NCBI GenBank assembly: GCA_039802605.1
Contig: JBDRWW010000006.1
Location: 32,001-96,000, forward strand
DNA length: 64,000 bases
Direction of reading: 5' to 3'
DNA from: a candidate division WOR-3 bacterium
Lineage (GTDB): Bacteria > Hydrothermota > Hydrothermia > LBFQ01
Below, one piece after another: positions 58,926 through 64,000 of the stretch (position 1 is the first letter of the stretch; the number at the start of each line of letters is the position of its first letter). A model generated the notes under the pieces. The model worked only from the letters and a program-made list of their open reading frames with translations. It did not search any database and was not told where the DNA came from. The position numbers were made by a program, and so were the translations under genes.

Positions 58926-59794
58926 GGGTTTGCAAATTTAAAGGGATTATTTTCACCGTCATACCCCCACCCGTTGATTGGGAGGGGGAAAAGGTTAAGA
59001 GGAAAGCCTTTGAGATTGTCTCAATTTCCAATATGCTGAACATAAGAACCATAAACATACCTGAGGTCATAGAGGAAAAGGATGGAAAGGGTAGGGTGGT
59101 ACCCTATAAACCAAAGGTTGATAATGTGGAATTCGGGAAGATCCTAAAAGGTTTCGATGGGAATTTGGACATAATCATAGATAAGGTTGTTCCCCTAATT
59201 CCCAAGGATTTGTTGGAGGATACCCTGTTAAGCATATCCAAAGAATTCAAAGGCATAACCTTGGTGGGTGGGGAATCTTCAAAGAAGGTTTATCCGGGTT
59301 TTTCCCCTTTGGAAGCGGTGGGATTTGCAAGGGGTTTGTTCTCAAAGGTTTATGGGATAACGATATTCACCCGGAAAAACGAGGCCGAAAGGCTTTTGGC
59401 AAAAACCAAAGCGGGATTTAATGCCTTTATATCCCAAATAGTCTTCGAAACCGAAAATATGAGGAAAGTCTTAAAAGAATATTACAAACTTTGCAATTCC
59501 GAGGGCATAAAACCCGCAACGATATATATAAGTTTGGCACCGGCCTCTAAGAAAAAGGATATAGAATTTATGGAATGGCTTGGCGTTTACATCCCAGAGG
59601 ACATAAAAAGGTATTTGCTTGAAGACGAAGGGTTAATTGAAAAAAGGAGCATTGAAATCGTTGAAAGATTGGCCCTTGATGTTTCTACAACGGAGGGCGA
59701 ATTGGGTATAAATGTTGAACATGTTATGTATAACAACTTGCAGGTTGCCGGTTATACATTACACAGAATAAAGGAGGTATGCGGATGGAAATAA
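58922..59794 (+). CDS. methylenetetrahydrofolate reductase, mycobacterial (monomeric, flavin-free)-type
   Basis: VIPP, NIPEVIEE...GR.VPYKPKVD, ITLVG, ITIFTR..E..RL..K, SQ. This pattern matches Rv2172c-like MTHFRs as I recall them. Adjacent to MetE halves. Confidence 0.7.
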   Translation: MRVCKFKGIIFTVIPPPVDWEGEKVKRKAFEIVSISNMLNIRTINIPEVIEEKDGKGRVVPYKPKVDNVEFGKILKGFDGNLDIIIDKVVPLIPKDLLEDTLLSISKEFKGITLVGGESSKKVYPGFSPLEAVGFARGLFSKVYGITIFTRKNEAERLLAKTKAGFNAFISQIVFETENMRKVLKEYYKLCNSEGIKPATIYISLAPASKKKDIEFMEWLGVYIPEDIKRYLLEDEGLIEKRSIEIVERLALDVSTTEGELGINVEHVMYNNLQVAGYTLHRIKEVCGWK

Positions 59795-60693
59795 AGATAT
59801 CTTTAAACGGCAAATATCCCAGAAGCGAGGGTTTGGTTAAAATAACAAGGGATTACGATAGGGGAAGGGTGGATTACGACACCCTTATGGAGGGGTATAG
59901 AAGGGATTACGAGGATCTCTTAAAACTCCAAGAAGGTCTTGATATGGTATCAGATGGTTTGTTAATATGGGATGACATAATAAGACCCATTTCCCAATTC
60001 GTTGAGGGCGCGGAAGTTGGAGGCCTTATAAGGTATTTTGAAACCAACACCTTTGTAAGGAAGATAACATTCAAGGGCAAGGATTTCGTATTTGAACCCG
60101 ATAAGTTCTTACACTATTTCCGTTTTGGAAACTTGGCCATACTTCCCGGACCTTATACCCTTTGGGTTTTCTCGGAGGGGTTGGGAATAGAAGATTTGGG
60201 GGAAATCCTTGGGAAATTGGTTAGCAAACTCGTGAAAGCAAATTATGGGTATATTTACCTTCAAGAGCCTGCCTTACCCTTTTACGGTGATAGGGAACAC
60301 TTCAAGCCTTTTGAAAGGGCCATTAAAACCATAAGGGAGAACTCCTACGGGGCAAAAGTGATAGTTAATACATACTTTTCGCCTATAAATAAGGTTTTGG
60401 GTTTTCTGTTATCCTTAGATGTGGATGGAATAGGCTTAGACTTTACATTCAATGACATTGAGGATATAAAAAGGGTTTGGAAATTGGATAAGGGTATGGT
60501 TGCGGGTATAGTTGATACCACAAACTCTTTAATAGAAACCCCGGGGGATGTTAGGGAGGTTGTTGATGAGATCCTTTCTTTGGATTTACCCTTTGTTATA
60601 TTTACGGGTTCTTCGGATTTTGAATTCTTGCCAAGGGAAATTGCGGATAAAAAGTTTGATTTTTTGAAAAGGTTAAAGGAGGTGCTGAAATGA
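59785..60693 (+). CDS. split cobalamin-independent methionine synthase, N-terminal (folate-binding) half
   Basis: G.YPR, SDG..WDD, RYFETNTF, LPGPYT, QEP. Lacks the Zn ligands. Confidence 0.8.
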   Translation: MEIKISLNGKYPRSEGLVKITRDYDRGRVDYDTLMEGYRRDYEDLLKLQEGLDMVSDGLLIWDDIIRPISQFVEGAEVGGLIRYFETNTFVRKITFKGKDFVFEPDKFLHYFRFGNLAILPGPYTLWVFSEGLGIEDLGEILGKLVSKLVKANYGYIYLQEPALPFYGDREHFKPFERAIKTIRENSYGAKVIVNTYFSPINKVLGFLLSLDVDGIGLDFTFNDIEDIKRVWKLDKGMVAGIVDTTNSLIETPGDVREVVDEILSLDLPFVIFTGSSDFEFLPREIADKKFDFLKRLKEVLK

Positions 60694-61850
60694 TTAAGCC
60701 CCTTTTAACGCATGAAATAGGTTCCCTTGCAAAGCCAAATTGGAGGGTTAAGGCCATAAGGGGGATAAGGTTAAACGATGATGATATAGAGTATGCAAAG
60801 AAATGGGGGGATTTTTTAAAGGAGGATTACGGGGAGCTCCTGGATATTTTGAGAAGGAGGGGGGGTTTTACTCAGGAGGAAAAGGAGAAGATAATTTATT
60901 ATTCTTCCCTTTTTGCAACAAGGCTTTTGGAAAAGGCGGGTTTGGATGTGGTTTTTGACGGTGAGCAACACAGGGTTGAGATGTACGAACATCCCGTTAA
61001 AAACATAGAAGGGTTTAGGTTTTACGGCCATGTTAGGAGTTTTGATAACAAGTATTACAGAAAGGCGGCCATTACGGAGAAACCTAAACTCAAAAAGTTT
61101 TACCATTTAGATGAATACAAAACCATATCCTCCTTTGCCAAGAAAGATGTTAAAATTCCCTTAACGGGTGCATACACTTTGGTTGATTGGTCCTTTGACG
61201 AGTATTACCTTAAAGGGGTTGAAATAGGGGTTAAAGGTGTGGTTGAGAGGCGTAAGAGGGCGAGGTGGGAGTTTTTAAAGGATATTTCCGAGAATGTTAT
61301 AAAGCCTAACATAAAGGCTTTAATAGATGAGGGGGCGAAGTTTATACAGATAGACGAACCCGCGGCAACCACAAAGAGGAACGAGATAGATATATTCGTG
61401 GATTCCGTAATTGCATCCGTAGGAGAAAATAAGGGTAAAGCGTTTTTTGGTATGCATATATGCTTTTCCGACTATTCCCTATTGTTTCCGGAGATAAAGA
61501 GGTTAGAGGGTTATATTAACGAGTTGCATTTTGAGTATGCAAACAGGGATACAAAGGAGTTGGGGGTTTCCGAGGGTAAGAGGAGGGGTTATGAGATACT
61601 AAAAACATTAAAGGATTACAATTTTGTTGTTGGACTTGGTGTTTTGGATGTGCATACGGACTTTATAGAGCCTGCGGAATTGATAAGGGATAGGGTTCTT
61701 TTCGCATTGGAAATAATCCAAGACACTAATAGAATCTTTGTTGCCCCGGATTGCGGTTTGAGGACGAGGACATGGGAAGTGGCCTATGAGAAACTTTGTA
61801 GGATGGTTGAAGGGGTTGAAATGGTTAAGGGCAAGTTAAAGGTGGGATAA
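60690..61850 (+). CDS. methionine synthase catalytic (Zn) half, MetE C-terminal-like
   Basis: EIGSL, DGEQHRVEM, QIDEPA, HIC, E, PDCGLRT Zn ligands. Confidence 0.88.
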   Translation: MIKPLLTHEIGSLAKPNWRVKAIRGIRLNDDDIEYAKKWGDFLKEDYGELLDILRRRGGFTQEEKEKIIYYSSLFATRLLEKAGLDVVFDGEQHRVEMYEHPVKNIEGFRFYGHVRSFDNKYYRKAAITEKPKLKKFYHLDEYKTISSFAKKDVKIPLTGAYTLVDWSFDEYYLKGVEIGVKGVVERRKRARWEFLKDISENVIKPNIKALIDEGAKFIQIDEPAATTKRNEIDIFVDSVIASVGENKGKAFFGMHICFSDYSLLFPEIKRLEGYINELHFEYANRDTKELGVSEGKRRGYEILKTLKDYNFVVGLGVLDVHTDFIEPAELIRDRVLFALEIIQDTNRIFVAPDCGLRTRTWEVAYEKLCRMVEGVEMVKGKLKVG

Positions 61851-61877
61851 TCTTCCCCATTATAATATCCTCCTTCA

Positions 61878-62144
61878 ATGCTCCGTTTGATACTTACCCT
61901 ACTAATTCTTGTGGTCAACCTTTTCCTATCAAATTTTCATATACACAAAACGGTTTACGAACCCCAAAACTGCCCGGCCTATGTCTTAAATAACTACATA
62001 CCCCAAACATTTGAACCCCCACAACCCGTTTTTGAAAGCTTGGGGGAATTTTTTGAGGTAAAAAACTTTAAAGAAAATTACACATTTTGGCATTTAAATG
62101 TTCCGTCCGTATTAAATGTGCGCTCTCCACCCCATAAGGTTTAA
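61878..62144 (+). CDS. putative regulatory leader peptide (signal-like N-terminus, HxH/Cys, C-terminal RSPP)
   Basis: MLRLILTLLILVVNLFLSNF-HIH...C...VRSPPHKV, directly upstream of a TonB receptor. Confidence 0.72.
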   Translation: MLRLILTLLILVVNLFLSNFHIHKTVYEPQNCPAYVLNNYIPQTFEPPQPVFESLGEFFEVKNFKENYTFWHLNVPSVLNVRSPPHKV

Positions 62145-62203
62145 CCTCTTTCAATCTTTAAGAAAAATTTAAAAAACTTAAAGGTTTAAGGCAAAAAGGA
62201 GGT
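62144..62203 (+). promoter_or_regulatory. SD-sequestering hairpin
   Basis: ACCTCTTT (62144-62151) pairs with AAGGAGGT (62196-62203). AATCTTTAAG (62153-62162) pairs with CTTAAAGGTT (62177-62186). Confidence 0.7.
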
Positions 62204-62208
62204 GAAAA

Positions 62209-63996
62209 ATGATATGGATAATAATAAGCGATGCTTTTGCAAAGGTTTGCGTTAAGGATGAAAGCGGAAGGCCCGTTTATGGGGCTTATGTTAGGACAAA
62301 AAGGGATTGGGAATTGACCGGAGAGGATGGGTGTGTAAATATAAAAAGGGATGACAGCCTTTTTGTTAGTAGGGTGGGGTATAAGACATATAAGGGTGTT
62401 TTTAAGGAGGAAATACTTTTACAATCCTCCCCAATAATATTACATCCCGTTGAGGTTTCCGTTGAGGGGTTTTCCCAACTCTCAAAAATACCCTTTCACA
62501 TATCAACACCGGAGGATTACTTTAACATATACGAGGCGGGGGTTAGCGCATACGGGCCCCCATCTTTAACTAAGGTTAATATAAGGGGATTTGACAGGAA
62601 AAGGTATGAGGTTTTACTTGATGGTTTTGTCATATCGGATGAATCGTCATCGGAGGACCACCCTTTGGGTATTTTCCCCACCAACGAAGTATTGGGTGTA
62701 ATTAAGGGTTCTGCTGGGAGTATATTCGGAGGGAATTCCTTGGGTGGTGCGTTAATACTTGAAAATCAAAAACCCGACAATGGTTTAACCTTTAAACCAA
62801 AAATAAACATAAGCAATCTTGGATTTTCTTTATCCGGGGAACTCTCATACGGAGGGGAGAGATATGGGGCCCTCATTTCCGGTGCTTTTAGGGGATTGGG
62901 TGATTACATTGAAAACTCTTGGGATACTACTATAAACATTAAAGGTGGGCTTTATTACGGTGGATTTTCCGCATACGGGTATTATAAAGATCAGGTTTTC
63001 GGAATACCCCTTGAAGAATCTTACTCCCATAACAAATTCACAATGCTTTACGCAAAGTTTAAAGGTCTCGGATTTTCGTATCAGAACCTTGACCAAAGGG
63101 AATTTGAGGAAGAGGAAGAAACCGTTATCAAACAAGAAAACTTTCAGGGTATATATTCAACCGTATGGGACAGATTGGGCTTATATCTAAGGGGGTTTTA
63201 CGGCAGGTTTCATACGGGGGACAGCCTTAGGTATATTTTCTCCTCCCTTAGGTATGTTTTAATACAAAGGGAAATTTATGAAATTATTGGAGGCTTAAAC
63301 TTTCAGTTTGGGAACCACCCCTTTATATTCGGTTTCCTCATAGGCGGAAACTATGATATAAACAACCTATTCATTTCCGGAACGATAAGCAAATCCTCCC
63401 GTGTTCCAGACCTTTATGAAAGGTTTTTTGTGGGATACCATCACGCCCTAGGTAGGTATGATATAGGAAACCCCGATTTAAAGCCCGAAAACTCATACGA
63501 AGGACAAATTGGTATAACCATTAACATAAAAAACATAATCCTATCCACAAACGGATACTACAACAGGGTTTATGGGTATATCTATCCCAAGAATATCAAG
63601 GCGGATACATTTAAGTGGGAAAATGCGGAATATGTGGATTTTAGGGGTTTAGAGTTTGAATCAAAGGTTGTAATCGGAAGGGGCATTTTAACATCAAGCA
63701 TTACAATACCCAACAACCGGTTATACAACGGCGATAGTGTTCCGTACTCCCCAAGGCCCGAAATATCCTTAGGCGGTGAAATAAACCTTTTCGGATTAAC
63801 ATTTAAACCCTTTTACAGGTGGAACTATGCGGGTTTTAGCATAATAAACATATCCGTCTTAAAAAACCTTGGGAAATTCCAAATATCAACGGGTGTTAAT
63901 AACCTCTTAAACGAGAACTATATAGAACCCACATACCCAAGACGAATACCCCAACCCGGAAGGCTGTTTTTCCTCAACCTTTCCGCCTCAATCTGA
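62209..63996 (+). CDS. TonB-dependent receptor, likely transition-metal uptake
   Basis: N-terminal carboxypeptidase-regulatory-like domain, VNIRG plug with SEDH, VIKGS, RVPDLYE..GYHHALGRYDIGNPDLKPE, PGRLF C-terminus. Confidence 0.85.
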   Translation: MIWIIISDAFAKVCVKDESGRPVYGAYVRTKRDWELTGEDGCVNIKRDDSLFVSRVGYKTYKGVFKEEILLQSSPIILHPVEVSVEGFSQLSKIPFHISTPEDYFNIYEAGVSAYGPPSLTKVNIRGFDRKRYEVLLDGFVISDESSSEDHPLGIFPTNEVLGVIKGSAGSIFGGNSLGGALILENQKPDNGLTFKPKINISNLGFSLSGELSYGGERYGALISGAFRGLGDYIENSWDTTINIKGGLYYGGFSAYGYYKDQVFGIPLEESYSHNKFTMLYAKFKGLGFSYQNLDQREFEEEEETVIKQENFQGIYSTVWDRLGLYLRGFYGRFHTGDSLRYIFSSLRYVLIQREIYEIIGGLNFQFGNHPFIFGFLIGGNYDINNLFISGTISKSSRVPDLYERFFVGYHHALGRYDIGNPDLKPENSYEGQIGITINIKNIILSTNGYYNRVYGYIYPKNIKADTFKWENAEYVDFRGLEFESKVVIGRGILTSSITIPNNRLYNGDSVPYSPRPEISLGGEINLFGLTFKPFYRWNYAGFSIINISVLKNLGKFQISTGVNNLLNENYIEPTYPRRIPQPGRLFFLNLSASI

Positions 63997-64000
63997 AACC

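Overview
Gene-dense, housekeeping-rich window from a diderm bacterium. It encodes TonB receptors, an Omp85 protein, Lnt and T9SS-type C-terminal sorting domains. The Lys/Glu-rich proteins suggest a thermophile, and an FCB-affiliated lineage such as WOR-3 is a plausible but unverified inference. The window holds about 60 CDS and tRNA-Trp(CCA), including rpmG-secE-nusG-rplKAJL-rpoBC, a detached spc fragment (rpsN-rpsH-rplF-rplR-rpsE-rpmD) running into a 2-oxoacid dehydrogenase E2 and mreBC, acpP-fabF, asnS, hisS, panC, purM, thiL, murQ, miaB, gltA and a split MetE cluster. I saw no mobile elements, CRISPR arrays or prophage. Most notable observations: (1) NusG and the N-terminus of RpoB each carry an inserted domain; the two resemble each other and the bL12 C-terminal domain. 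(2) A His/Cys leader ORF ending in RSPP is followed by a hairpin that would sequester the Shine-Dalgarno (SD) of a metal-type TonB receptor, a candidate ribosome-stalling switch. (3) Leaderless-type promoters are pervasive, and exported proteins have ultra-short N-terminal hydrophobic tags. (4) rpmG starts 3 nt after a CCA-less tRNA. (5) There is a ~100-nt rod-shaped candidate ncRNA. (6) A mycobacterial-type MTHFR is clustered with split MetE. (7) rpoC has two small tandem duplications and unusual trigger-loop/bridge-helix residues, and rpoB has an unusual rifampicin pocket. All homology calls are by eye; no searches were run.
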